Source of the DNA: Synechococcus sp.
GTDB taxonomy: Bacteria; Cyanobacteriota; Cyanobacteriia; PCC-6307; Cyanobiaceae
DNA: 64,000 bases
Direction: 5' to 3'
Assembly (NCBI GenBank): GCA_047284725.1
Contig: JBJBEO010000001.1
Coordinates: 2,008,203 to 2,072,202 of the forward strand
The notes under the pieces were generated by a model, which was not told the DNA's origin, made no database searches, and worked only from the letters and a program-made list of their open reading frames with translations. The translations under genes were made by a program, and so were the position numbers. Every line of letters starts with the position of its first letter. Within the stretch, counting starts at the first letter, position 1. Below, piece after piece: positions 13,831 through 23,329 of the stretch.

Positions 13831-14420
13831 CGAAGCACCTCAAGGCGAACCTGAGCGATGCCACTGGCCACGAGGCCCAGTTGATTCGCTGCGCCGTGGG
13901 CCAGGTCAATCACTCGATGGCCAATAAAAGGGCCTCGATCGTTGATACGAACCACCGCTGAACGACCATTCCAGAGGTTGGTCACGCGCACCTTCGTACC
14001 GAAGGGCAGAGTTCGATGGGCAGCAGTCAGAGTGCCGGGACGGAAGACTTCACCATTAGCGGTGCGATTGCCATAAAAGCCAGGTCCGTACCAGCTTGCC
14101 TCACCCGTGCTCACAGAAACAACACTCGGCTGCGCAGGCGAAGGCTGTACAGCAGGGGCGGTGATCGCCGTCTCAGGCTTTGGTGCTGATTGGCTGCTGG
14201 GAGCAGACGCGGGAACGTCTTCAACAACTTCAGAGTCTTCAGCTTCAACCATTTCAGCGTCTTCAACCTCTGAACCAAAAGGCTGAAGAGGCTGGCTGAG
14301 CACGGCGTCGAGAGACTCGCGCACAGTGTCAGCTTCGATCTCACGAGCCAGAACGGGGAACAACGCCACGCCACTGGAGATGAAACCCGTCAGGAGCAGA
14401 AGTGAAAGAGGAGAGCGCAT
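13827..14420 (-). CDS. rlpA: RlpA-family lytic transglycosylase (DPBB domain)
   Basis: Signal peptide; GEASWYG, TAAHRTLPFGT and RINDRGPF. Confidence 0.92.
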   Translation of the reverse strand: MRSPLSLLLLTGFISSGVALFPVLAREIEADTVRESLDAVLSQPLQPFGSEVEDAEMVEAEDSEVVEDVPASAPSSQSAPKPETAITAPAVQPSPAQPSVVSVSTGEASWYGPGFYGNRTANGEVFRPGTLTAAHRTLPFGTKVRVTNLWNGRSAVVRINDRGPFIGHRVIDLAHGAANQLGLVASGIAQVRLEVLR

Positions 14421-14795
14421 GCCATGCGGAAGTCCGGCGAAACAGAACCCCTGAGGGCTTGACGTCCAATGACTGATTGAATTGCAATCAGCTGGATCGA
14501 CAATCGTCTGCTGACAACCTCAGGAAGTCGAAGAACAGACGAACACTAAGGAGCGATTGCAGGGTGGTCGAGAGCCACAACCATCACGACTGGCAGCCTT
14601 GGCCATCAACAAAAAACACTCACTTGTCAGAGCTGAAGGAGCAAGTAAAGCCTTCAGGAGCACCGACATCAATCAGCCAAGCTGATCAAACGACCCCGCA
14701 CAGCTAATCAATCAGGCAGCCAACCGGGCGACTGTCCCAAGACCTCGACGCGAGAGGATCAAGAAAAGCCGTAACGGGTTCGCCCGATCGTCAGG

Positions 14796-15833
14796 ATGGA
14801 CTACAAGACCGCAGGCGTTGACGTGGAGGCCGGACGGGCGTTTGTCGACAGAATCCGATCAAGCGTAGAAGCCACCTTCAGGCCAGAAGTTGTTGGAGGG
14901 CTGGGGGGCTTCGGAGGCATGATGCGCCTGCCGTCGGGACTTCGCCGCCCCCTACTGGTTTCTGGCACCGATGGCGTTGGCACCAAGCTTGAGCTCGCTC
15001 AAGAGCATGGCAAGCACCACAACGTGGGAATCGACCTTGTGGCGATGTGCGTCAACGACGTGATCACATCAGGCGCTGCACCGTTGTTTTTTCTCGATTA
15101 CATGGCCACCGGTACCCTCAGCCCTGAAGCGATGGCTGAAGTTGTGGAGGGCATCGCCGACGGCTGCCGCCAAAGCGGCTGCGCTCTTCTGGGCGGGGAA
15201 ACTGCAGAAATGCCAGGGTTCTACCCGAAAGGCCGTTATGACCTTGCCGGCTTCTGCGTGGCCGTGGTCGAAGAAGACGAAGTGGTCGACGGCAAAGCCA
15301 TCAAGGCAGGGGATCGCATCGTCGGCGTGGCCAGCAGTGGTGTGCACAGCAACGGGTTCAGCCTGGTTCGCAAAGTGTTGGCCATGGTTCAAGCCGATGG
15401 CCAGACCCGATACGGCAATGCCAACACGCCTCTGATCGAAGCGCTGCTCTCCCCCACCACGCTTTACGGGGGGCTGGTGCAGAACCTGCGGGACAACGGT
15501 TTGCCCCTGCACGGCATGGCTCACATCACCGGCGGAGGCCTGCCGGAGAACCTGCCACGCTGCATGCCCGCAGGCCTGGTGCCTTGGGTGGATCCAACCA
15601 GCTGGCCGCGGCCCGAACTCTTCACCTGGCTGCAGCACAGCGGAGAGATCCCAGAGAGGGATCTCTGGCACACCTTCAATATGGGAGTTGGGTTCTGCTT
15701 GATTCTCCCGGAAGAGGCAGCTGATCAGGCGCTAGACCTCTGCAGACAACTGAACCTGCCGGCTTGGTGCATCGGAGAGGTGAAGACAAGCGCAGGTGAC
15801 CTCGATGCAGCCGTTGTCGGCCTGCCGAGGTGA
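14796..15833 (+). CDS. purM: Phosphoribosylformylglycinamidine cyclo-ligase
   Basis: [17 protein letters not shown] and HSNGFSL. Confidence 0.97.
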   Translation: MDYKTAGVDVEAGRAFVDRIRSSVEATFRPEVVGGLGGFGGMMRLPSGLRRPLLVSGTDGVGTKLELAQEHGKHHNVGIDLVAMCVNDVITSGAAPLFFLDYMATGTLSPEAMAEVVEGIADGCRQSGCALLGGETAEMPGFYPKGRYDLAGFCVAVVEEDEVVDGKAIKAGDRIVGVASSGVHSNGFSLVRKVLAMVQADGQTRYGNANTPLIEALLSPTTLYGGLVQNLRDNGLPLHGMAHITGGGLPENLPRCMPAGLVPWVDPTSWPRPELFTWLQHSGEIPERDLWHTFNMGVGFCLILPEEAADQALDLCRQLNLPAWCIGEVKTSAGDLDAAVVGLPR

Positions 15834-15978
15834 GGCTGCGACGTGCAGACAACGTGAAACCATCAAGTAAAACCGCGTTTCAGCTGATCCCTGCTGACTG
15901 GAAACCGCTTTAAAGTCATTAAAAGCTTTGCTGTTCTCACGAAACAGCATGTGCGCCGTCACATCTTCTTTAGGTTTG

Positions 15979-16608
15979 ATGCCCTTTGATAAACCCCAAC
16001 GCACAACGCGCAGACGCTCGTCTGCGGGACCGGTACCGCCGCGTCGTCCTGCAGCCTCGCCCTATGAGCGCAATCTCAATCGCCAAGGACCACGGCCCAC
16101 GTTTTTAGCGCTCAAAGACCACGGCAAGGTCTACGTGGCTGATATGCCCCATCTCTCCGATGGTCAACTGACACACATCAGCAAGGAAGCGGAAGAGGTT
16201 TTAGCCAGCCTCGAACGCCGCATCTCTGAACTGGAAAACGGTCAGATCATCGCTCAGCCTGAGCGGGACACACTGATCAAGGCCTGCACGAAGCGGGATG
16301 TAACCCACCGCTTCTTGCGAGCCATCCGCGATGAGCAGGAGCATCGACGCAACAACCCAGCGGTGCGCAACGCTGCCAACGAGTCCCTGCCGCGCACGTT
16401 TCTCGAAATTGCCCGGCATCGGCTACCTGGAGCGACCTTCGACTCCCTGCTTCAAGAGGCTCTGACCGCCTGCGACGTTCAACAACAGCATCCGCCTGAA
16501 GATGTTCGTGCAACAACCGCGCCGATCAAGGTGGTGCCTTTGCAGACGGCCGTTTCCAGCCTGCCAGTTGTGGTGAGCCCCGACCCTGAACCTGGAGAAG
16601 CCGTTTAA
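15979..16608 (+). CDS. Conserved hypothetical protein
   Basis: Long ORF with coiled-coil segments; ATG at 15979 chosen; function not recognised. Confidence 0.7.
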   Translation: MPFDKPQRTTRRRSSAGPVPPRRPAASPYERNLNRQGPRPTFLALKDHGKVYVADMPHLSDGQLTHISKEAEEVLASLERRISELENGQIIAQPERDTLIKACTKRDVTHRFLRAIRDEQEHRRNNPAVRNAANESLPRTFLEIARHRLPGATFDSLLQEALTACDVQQQHPPEDVRATTAPIKVVPLQTAVSSLPVVVSPDPEPGEAV

Positions 16609-16625
16609 AGCCAGAGGCCCCAGGC

Positions 16626-17609
16626 CTAGGCACTCATGAATGGATTCGCAGGCATCCGCGATGACGTCGCAAGGGCCAGGCTGTCGAGCCGTGCCCTCTC
16701 GCCCTCACTCAGCTGCCAATGCAGCGCTGCAACAGCATCCTGGGCCTGAGCAACCCTTCTCAGGCCTGGCAATGGCATAGCACCGTGGGCTCTGCACCAG
16801 TTGAGAGCCACCTGTGCCAGCGAAGCCGAGTGAGCCTCGGCAATCTTCGCCATCTCCTGACGCAAACTGAGACTGGCGGGGAGAAGACGACGAAACAAGC
16901 CAGCCCGAAGTCGGGTGCAGGGAGGAGGGTTGGCACCAGGGGGCACCGTCAGCACTCCAAGCGCAAGCGGGCTGTAGGCGAGCATCGCAACCCCCAGCTC
17001 TTCACAGGTTTGCTTCAACCCACCGTCCTGCATCGGCTCAGGTGAGAGCAAGGACATCTGAACCTGCAAACTTCTCAGAGGGATCCCACGTGCTCCCATC
17101 CTGGCCTGAAGGGCACGCAGTCGGACCGGGCCGAGGTTGGACACACCCAGCTCAGCCACACGACCAGCCAGCACTAGGTCAGCCAAACCATCGAGAAGGG
17201 GACCCTCCTGCCATGGGGCATAACGAGCGGTGCTCCAATGCAACTGGACGCGATGGAGATGGCCTGACAGGCGGTCGGCGCTCGCGGCAAAGGCACGATC
17301 AAAACCACGACGACCCAGCCGCCAGGGGAAAGGAGCCAGCTTGGTGGCCACCGTGAGCGATGACCGCAGCTGTGGATCCATCGCATCCACCAGCCGACCC
17401 AGCAGCAGCTCACTGCGGCCATTGAAGCGGCCGGTGCCATAGGAATCGGCCGTATCCACCAGGGTCAGTCCACCGCGAACAGCCACCTCCAGCGTCGCGG
17501 CCAGTTCAGGGTCATCCCGCTCAGGCACATAACCCCAAAGCAGCTGATTTCCCCAGGACCAGGTCCCAAAGCCAATACCCGTCACGAGGCCAACCTCACT
17601 CAGCGTCAT
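16626..17609 (-). CDS. Aldo/keto reductase
   Basis: GFGTWSWG, DTADSYG, ATKL, QLHW and AYSPLALG. Confidence 0.92.
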   Translation of the reverse strand: MTLSEVGLVTGIGFGTWSWGNQLLWGYVPERDDPELAATLEVAVRGGLTLVDTADSYGTGRFNGRSELLLGRLVDAMDPQLRSSLTVATKLAPFPWRLGRRGFDRAFAASADRLSGHLHRVQLHWSTARYAPWQEGPLLDGLADLVLAGRVAELGVSNLGPVRLRALQARMGARGIPLRSLQVQMSLLSPEPMQDGGLKQTCEELGVAMLAYSPLALGVLTVPPGANPPPCTRLRAGLFRRLLPASLSLRQEMAKIAEAHSASLAQVALNWCRAHGAMPLPGLRRVAQAQDAVAALHWQLSEGERARLDSLALATSSRMPANPFMSA

Positions 17610-17662
17610 GATCGCGGGAGTGTGATCTCAACCGCTTTCCTGATCCCCTAACAGCCACCATC

Positions 17663-17694
17663 AAAAAAGCCTGGATGTCTGAGCATCCAGGCTT
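17663..17694 (-). terminator. Rho-independent terminator of the linker gene
   Basis: AAGCCTGGATG-TCTGAG-CATCCAGGCTT with an A-run on the left. Confidence 0.82.
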
Positions 17695-17724
17695 GGCACA
17701 CTGACCTGAAACAAGTCAGAGGAA

Positions 17725-18582
17725 TCAATAGCGGTAGCTGAACTTGCCTCCATACATGCGCCGGAAGGCCGCATCGCTGGAGTTTTTGACTGCCTTGGTG
17801 TAGCAGAAGCCCGAGCCATCTCCAGTGAAGCTAGGCGCAGTGATGACAGGAGCCTTGTTGAGCATTTTGACCAAAAGGCTGCCCGAATACATCGCGTTCT
17901 CGGACGTGGCATTGGATGGAGTCAACTCCAGCGTGCCGATGAATGTGGAGCAATACGAACGAGCTTCTGACTTGAAGCCGCGCAGATAAGGAACGGTATC
18001 AATGCCAAAGGTCTCGAGATATTCTTCGGACGTCACCACCTGGTCGACAAAAGCGTCAAAACCCTGGTCAGCGATTAGCTGAATCGCAGCGCTGACCTCC
18101 TGATGGGTACGAGGAGCACGTCCAAGCAGGTGCTTGGTCGTCAACTCGACACCACGCATTGGAGCCACAGCATGGAAAAACTTGTTTTTGTAGAGATCAG
18201 ACTTGACCAATCCGGCCATGAATCCACGAACATCGATCCGACCATCACGGAGGAAAGCCTCCAATGAGGAGAGGCGCTGACTGGACGTCACACCAATACT
18301 GCCAAACACCTGCTTGTAAGCGGCAGCGATAGCAGCCTCAAGGGCCGCTTCTCCAGTGGCTGCATAGGAGTGATTGACCGAGGAGAAAGGGCAATCCTCA
18401 TGCAGGCGAGGACCAGTCCCGAGCCCCATCGAGCCACATTGATTTTCCTTATATTGACCAGAACCTGAAGCAGGCTTACCACCATTAGATTGCGCACTTT
18501 TCGCAGCATTAGCTCGATTAGAATGCGCAAAAGAAACGCGATTCTTATCAGCAAAACTCTGCTTGAGCTTGATGGCAGGCAT
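17725..18582 (-). CDS. Phycoerythrin II-associated linker polypeptide (MpeC/E/G family)
   Basis: PBS linker domain (AYKQVFG, KHLLGRAP, EYLETFG..VPY) plus MpeC-like N-terminal YKxxxCxxMGxGxGPRLxxxCPF. Confidence 0.85.
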   Translation of the reverse strand: MPAIKLKQSFADKNRVSFAHSNRANAAKSAQSNGGKPASGSGQYKENQCGSMGLGTGPRLHEDCPFSSVNHSYAATGEAALEAAIAAAYKQVFGSIGVTSSQRLSSLEAFLRDGRIDVRGFMAGLVKSDLYKNKFFHAVAPMRGVELTTKHLLGRAPRTHQEVSAAIQLIADQGFDAFVDQVVTSEEYLETFGIDTVPYLRGFKSEARSYCSTFIGTLELTPSNATSENAMYSGSLLVKMLNKAPVITAPSFTGDGSGFCYTKAVKNSSDAAFRRMYGGKFSYRY

Positions 18583-18961
18583 GGCGGGGGTGAAAATAAA
18601 ACCAGCTTTTTTAGGACGCCTTACTGATAAAATACGAAATCTTAGCGATATTTAAAATAAGTCCTGCACCACCGCCCTGGAGCAAGCATCACCGACCAGC
18701 TAGGCCCGCAAAACAGAAAAAACTCCGGCTAGGGCTAAGTTACTTTGCGGAATTGGTCAACGAGAAGACATTGTGATAAGTGCCAAAGAATTATCACGGA
18801 GGTTTCTGCGGCTCTTCTCCAGCGCAGAAATCGGGAGAGTGATCGTGATCAAGTCAATCAACTCTGAAACGCTTTCCGCCTGAGACATAGAGCGACCATG
18901 GATCCACTGCCGAGCCCACCCCAGCGCCAGCCTCGAAGGTGCGCCATGATCAGCAGCCGGG

Positions 18962-19147
18962 ATGGTGCTGATCAGACAAGTGGCAGTGACAAACGAAACG
19001 GAAACGACCCTTTCCACAAGAAATGCTGCGCCTGCTCCTGACGGCTCCCACGAGGTATTGGAAACAGTGCTCTGTGTCCACTGCAAACGCACAGCCAAGA
19101 ATGGGATCCGCTGCCTCGGCATGTGCGTTGCCGACAACGACTACTGA
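18962..19147 (+). CDS. Small Cys-rich protein (CxxC-x9-CxxxC)
   Basis: C-terminal CVHCKRTAKNGIRCLGMCVADNDY; start uncertain. Confidence 0.6.
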   Translation: MVLIRQVAVTNETETTLSTRNAAPAPDGSHEVLETVLCVHCKRTAKNGIRCLGMCVADNDY

Positions 19148-19188
19148 ATCGACTCGCGAACAGAGGCTCATCAGCAGCTCGAAAGCAG

Positions 19189-19710
19189 ATGACAAGCTCC
19201 AGCACTGAAGCACCACATCCCTGCATTCCGCTGTTGAGCGCTGCAGCACTGATGATCGGCCTGTCCAGCCCTGGGGCAGGCGAACCAATCCCTACGATTG
19301 GGAGGCTTCAGCGGAATGCAGCTGAATGCGTTCTGAGTCTTTCGGATCACTCCCAACAACGCTGCAGACGTGTGCAGATTGATCGGAAAACCGAATCCGT
19401 AGTCCGGATCCGCTTCATCGGCGCCAGTGAGACCGAAGGCGTGATCACCAGCCTCAGCTTCGTGAGCGCAGACCCATCAAGCCCCCTGCCAATGAGCTGC
19501 ACCCAGGGTCGCTGCCAGCTTCAGGGCTCAGACCCCTGGGAGGGGCTTGTACTCGGCGCCTCAGAATCCTTCACCAACAGCCTTGGCATCTCGATCGGCG
19601 TCCCCAAAGCCTGGGCCGCCCGTGGCCTTTGCCTTGTCAGCAAGGAGCAAGTGCTCTGCGAGGCCACCCGCAGCGACGGTCTCTCGATCGGGGCAGAAGG
19701 ACGCTTCTGA
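19189..19710 (+). CDS. Putative exported protein with paired cysteines
   Basis: Hydrophobic signal-like segment; six Cys in the mature part; ATG at 19189. Confidence 0.6.
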   Translation: MTSSSTEAPHPCIPLLSAAALMIGLSSPGAGEPIPTIGRLQRNAAECVLSLSDHSQQRCRRVQIDRKTESVVRIRFIGASETEGVITSLSFVSADPSSPLPMSCTQGRCQLQGSDPWEGLVLGASESFTNSLGISIGVPKAWAARGLCLVSKEQVLCEATRSDGLSIGAEGRF

Positions 19711-19866
19711 AGCCCGACCTGCCTGGCCAGACGGGTGGATGGCAAGATCCCTTGATCACGAAGCTCCAGCGATGCACACTCCACTCAAAGCTGATCTTGG
19801 GGAAGACAGCTGACGTGGATCTGCGCAGAACCGTTCTCGCTGCCTTTGATCGCCTTTCCTCAAAAA

Positions 19867-19937
19867 AGGCGGCACCCAGATTCGAACTGGGGATAAAGGA
19901 TTTGCAATCCTCTGCCTTACCACTTGGCCATGCCGCC
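19867..19937 (-). tRNA. trnC: tRNA-Cys(GCA)
   Basis: Reverse complement GGCGGCATGGCCAAGTGGTAAGGCAGAGGATTGCAAATCCT...GTTCGAATC...GCCGCCT forms a cloverleaf. Confidence 0.97.
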
Positions 19938-19997
19938 ACTCGGGAAACAACGTTTCCACGGACGGATCGTATCAGCGAGAGCGCTGAGGGCCTGCTG

Positions 19998-21257
19998 GTG
20001 ATCTGCAACGGCCATGGCGAAGACCTGATTGCCCTGCGAATCCTGGAGGCCCTTCACCTCATGGCACCGCGCTTGAACCTTTGTGTGCTGCCGCTGGTGG
20101 GGGAAGGGAAAGCCTTTGATCCAGCCGTGAGGCAAGGTTGGCTGACACTGATGGGGCCGAGCGTCCCACTACCCAGCGGAGGCTTCAGCAATCAAAGCTT
20201 GAAGGGGCTGATCGACGACGTTCTGGCAGGCCTGCCCCTGCTCACATGGCAGCAATGGCGGTGCCTGCGCCGCCATCGCCACCAACTGGTTGCCGTGCTG
20301 GCCGTGGGAGACCTGTTACCGCTGCTGATGGCCTGGGGCTCCGGCCTGCGTTTCGGCTTCGTTGGCACGCCCAAGAGCGATTACACCTGGATCAGCGGGC
20401 CTGGCCACAGCCTCAGCGATTGCTATCACCGCTGCAAAGGCAGTGAATGGGACCCGTGGGAATGGGCAACGATGAGCAGTCGACGCTGCAAGCTCGTGGC
20501 CATGCGGGACCGACTGACAGCCCGCCGGCTCAGACACCACCGCATCCAGGCCTTAGCCCCTGGCAATCCCATGATGGATGGGCTGCAGCGAAGCGATCCC
20601 CCGTCCGCACTCGAACGCTGCAGGCGCATTCTTCTGCTCTGCGGCAGTCGCATGCCTGAAGCACTGACAAATGCCGAACGCCTGCTGAAAAGCCTGCAGG
20701 GATTCGAGAGCAGCGTGCCCCTCACCTTGCTGATGGCAACGGGATCGCAACCCTCGCAAGAGACATTGAAACCCGTCCTACGCAAGCTGGGTTTCATGGC
20801 CTGCCCACCCCCTGCAGACGCCCTCGATGCACAGGCCTGCTGGCTTAAAGGGTCCCAGATGCTTCTGATTGGCTGCGGCCGCTTCAACCGCTGGGCAGGC
20901 TGGGCCGAAGTCGGGCTTGCCACCGCAGGCACGGCCACCGAACAACTTGTGGGTCTCGGGATCCCCGCCCTCTCCCTGCCAGGACAAGGACCACAGTTCA
21001 CCAACGGTTTTGCCAAACGGCAAAGTCGACTGCTCGGCGGCGCGGTCAAACCGTGCCGATCAGGCGAGGAACTGCGCCGGCATCTGGCTGCTCTCCTCAG
21101 CGACGCAGGGCTTCGTGATCAGCTGGGAGCGATCGGACGCCAACGCATGGGAGCAGCCGGAGGCAGTCAAGAACTGGCACGGCTGGTGTGTGAAAGATTG
21201 ATCGCGGATACTGACCAGACCAACCCCGTTCGCCATGGCCGGAATCCAGGACCATGA
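19998..21257 (+). CDS. Lipid-A-disaccharide synthase-related (GT-B fold) protein; start uncertain
   Basis: NGHGED, LPSGGF, GNPMMD, GSRMPEA and AGTATEQ motifs. Confidence 0.82.
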   Translation: MICNGHGEDLIALRILEALHLMAPRLNLCVLPLVGEGKAFDPAVRQGWLTLMGPSVPLPSGGFSNQSLKGLIDDVLAGLPLLTWQQWRCLRRHRHQLVAVLAVGDLLPLLMAWGSGLRFGFVGTPKSDYTWISGPGHSLSDCYHRCKGSEWDPWEWATMSSRRCKLVAMRDRLTARRLRHHRIQALAPGNPMMDGLQRSDPPSALERCRRILLLCGSRMPEALTNAERLLKSLQGFESSVPLTLLMATGSQPSQETLKPVLRKLGFMACPPPADALDAQACWLKGSQMLLIGCGRFNRWAGWAEVGLATAGTATEQLVGLGIPALSLPGQGPQFTNGFAKRQSRLLGGAVKPCRSGEELRRHLAALLSDAGLRDQLGAIGRQRMGAAGGSQELARLVCERLIADTDQTNPVRHGRNPGP

Positions 21258-21498
21258 CTATCTAAGACTCTGTGCTGAATTGGCACGATTGCTTGGCATC
21301 AGCCAGTCCTCTGCCCGGCGCCGAGTCGAGATGGCAGCGGCGCGAGAAGGGCTGCGCGACATGGAAGCCCGCAAACGCATCGCCGCTGAGCTGCTCGAGC
21401 AGACCAGCACCAGCCAAACCGGCGGGGAGGCTTCAGCGAATCTCGATAGCCTTCTCGTCGCCACCCCGGAAGATGAGAACTTCATGCTCGAGGACTGA
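21235..21498 (+). CDS. Conserved small hypothetical protein
   Basis: 87 aa; ends DENFMLED; overlaps the end of the upstream gene. Confidence 0.7.
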   Translation: MAGIQDHDYLRLCAELARLLGISQSSARRRVEMAAAREGLRDMEARKRIAAELLEQTSTSQTGGEASANLDSLLVATPEDENFMLED

Positions 21499-21536
21499 AG
21501 CCTGACGACACCCTCGCCTGGCTCAGTCGCCTTGCT

Positions 21537-22181
21537 TCAGTGCTCAAACACCTGGTTGAAGCGCAGTCGATCCAGATCAGCGATCACCGGAATGCAGGGG
21601 AAGCAGCGAGCAGCCAACTCCCACCGCCCCTCCCGGCGGAGCATGGTCTCCAACTTGTCCCGCGCGGGCAGCAGGAAGCGAGCATCGTTGGCGGCATAAG
21701 CCAGCTGAGCCTCGCTCAACTCCTCCACTCGCCCCCAGTCACTGCTCTGAGCCTGCTTGTCAAGCTCAACGCCCACCAACTCCATCACCAGGTCTTTCAG
21801 GCCATGGCGAGGGGCATATGTGCGCGCCAAACGGCTGGCGACCTTGGTGCAAAAAATGGGATTCACAGCGATCCCTAAACCACTGGCCAGGGCAGCCACA
21901 TCAAAGCGCGCGAAATGGAACACCTTCTCCACAGCGATCGATTCCATCAACGCCTTGAGGCGAGGGGCCTCTGTTTGCCCCAAACCGATCCGTACGCAAG
22001 CCACACGATCATCGGGATCACAGAGCTGCACAAGACAAAGCCGGTCACGGCCATGGATCAATCCCATCGCCTCGGTGTCGACCGCAAGAGCTCTGGCAGC
22101 GCTGTAGCGCTCAGCCCATGCGGCATCCAGGTCTCCATCGAAAACAGCAAACTCGCGAGGAGCAGAGGCGACTTCAGCCAT
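21537..22181 (-). CDS. rnd: Ribonuclease D-like 3'-5' exonuclease
   Basis: AVDTE, HFARFD, QSSDWG and YAAND (DEDDy). Confidence 0.9.
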   Translation of the reverse strand: MAEVASAPREFAVFDGDLDAAWAERYSAARALAVDTEAMGLIHGRDRLCLVQLCDPDDRVACVRIGLGQTEAPRLKALMESIAVEKVFHFARFDVAALASGLGIAVNPIFCTKVASRLARTYAPRHGLKDLVMELVGVELDKQAQSSDWGRVEELSEAQLAYAANDARFLLPARDKLETMLRREGRWELAARCFPCIPVIADLDRLRFNQVFEH

Positions 22182-22326
22182 CGTGATTGCAGAGAAGCAG
22201 GGGACGCACCCCCACTCTGACCAAGCGCCGGCTGATCCACCAACCTGCTCGCCAGCACAAGCCAGGACTTTTCACCAATGGCTTGAAAATCACAGCGAGA
22301 CTGAATTAGACCAACTTGAGACACTG

Positions 22327-22734
22327 TTGTCGTCTGTGCAAAGCCGCCGCAAGCCCCCTCGTGCCTGTCTGGCCGATATCGAAGGCTATTTCCGCCAACC
22401 TCCACCCCGCTTTCTCGACCTGGAGCTCGCCGTCTGCTGGGTGCTTGCCTGCCTGCTTGAGAATGACTCCTATCCCTCGGGGCTCCTGCAACGCCTTGAA
22501 CAGGAACACCCCCAGCTCAGACTCTCTGAAACCGTGTTGCATCAAGCCCTGGATTTCCTCGACACCCAGGGAATGCTGGATCGTTACAGCAAGCGCTGTC
22601 CGAGCCGCGGCCGTCCCAGGCGCATGCTCCACCTCCAGCCCGAGATGAGAAACCAAGCCCAACAGCTGATGAAGCCGTGGCGTCAATGGCTGGCACAACT
22701 GGGCAACGGCACCAGCGTGACCGTGGCGCCCTAG
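22327..22734 (+). CDS. pex: PadR-family regulator, Pex (period extender)-like
   Basis: LAVCWVL, DSYPSGL and RGRPRRML wing. Start set at TTG 22327 because 22183 abuts the rnd start. Confidence 0.75.
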   Translation: MSSVQSRRKPPRACLADIEGYFRQPPPRFLDLELAVCWVLACLLENDSYPSGLLQRLEQEHPQLRLSETVLHQALDFLDTQGMLDRYSKRCPSRGRPRRMLHLQPEMRNQAQQLMKPWRQWLAQLGNGTSVTVAP

Positions 22735-22767
22735 AACGGTTGGGCACCGACACGCCCTGGCCTGGAG

Positions 22768-23325
22768 ATGCCCTCCTTTCAGACCTCCACTTTGCTGCTG
22801 ACGCTGCTGCTGGCCGTTGGGCTGGTGTTTTTCCTCCGCGCCGCCAGCAAAGACCGCACAACCGTGGTGGATGTGGCGTCGTCGAAACCCCCACTGGAGG
22901 TCATGGAAGGGCTCAGCCACTGGCTGGAGTCCAGAGGGTGGTCGCCACGAGGAGGGGATGCGGCGCGCCAGGTGCTGCGCTTTGAGGGCAAGGTGGCCGC
23001 CAGCATTCCACTGGCGGCTCTGCTTGCACTCCTGGGGAGCATCGGAGCCAGCAGCCTCGGGTTGGTGGTGCGAGAACTCCAGCCCAACCTGGGCTGGTGG
23101 CCGCTGCTGCTGGCCGGCCTTGGCCCCCTTGCCGGTGTGATCTACCGCCGCCGTGCCTCCCGCACCGAATCGGTGGAGATCCGCCTCATGAACCAGCCCG
23201 ATCAAAGCGCCGGCAGCACCATTCGCCTGCGTGCTCACCGGGACGAACTGATCGCGCTCGAACTGGAGCTGGCAGGCCCCCTAGACCTCGCCAGCGATGG
23301 CGCTCTGTTGTCGTCTCCCATCTGA
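22768..23325 (+). CDS. ccb1: Cofactor assembly of complex C subunit B (CCB1/DUF3529 family)
   Basis: GLVFFLRAASKDRT, transmembrane segments and AHRDEL. Confidence 0.8.
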   Translation: MPSFQTSTLLLTLLLAVGLVFFLRAASKDRTTVVDVASSKPPLEVMEGLSHWLESRGWSPRGGDAARQVLRFEGKVAASIPLAALLALLGSIGASSLGLVVRELQPNLGWWPLLLAGLGPLAGVIYRRRASRTESVEIRLMNQPDQSAGSTIRLRAHRDELIALELELAGPLDLASDGALLSSPI

Positions 23326-23329
23326 GGCC

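Noticed and set aside
14200..14280. Short TCTTCA-type repeats in rlpA
   Set aside because: They encode an acidic low-complexity linker (EVED/EAED); not CRISPR or mobile repeats
14421..14795. c-di-AMP (ydaO) riboswitch upstream of the cell-wall gene rlpA
   Set aside because: Consensus blocks (GCUGAA, GGGGA, GUCAGCUAA) are not found on the rlpA strand; there is only weak resemblance on the opposite strand
19629..19997. 123-aa N-terminal extension of the GT-B ORF
   Set aside because: Runs through the upstream gene end and the tRNA-Cys gene; unlikely to be translated in full
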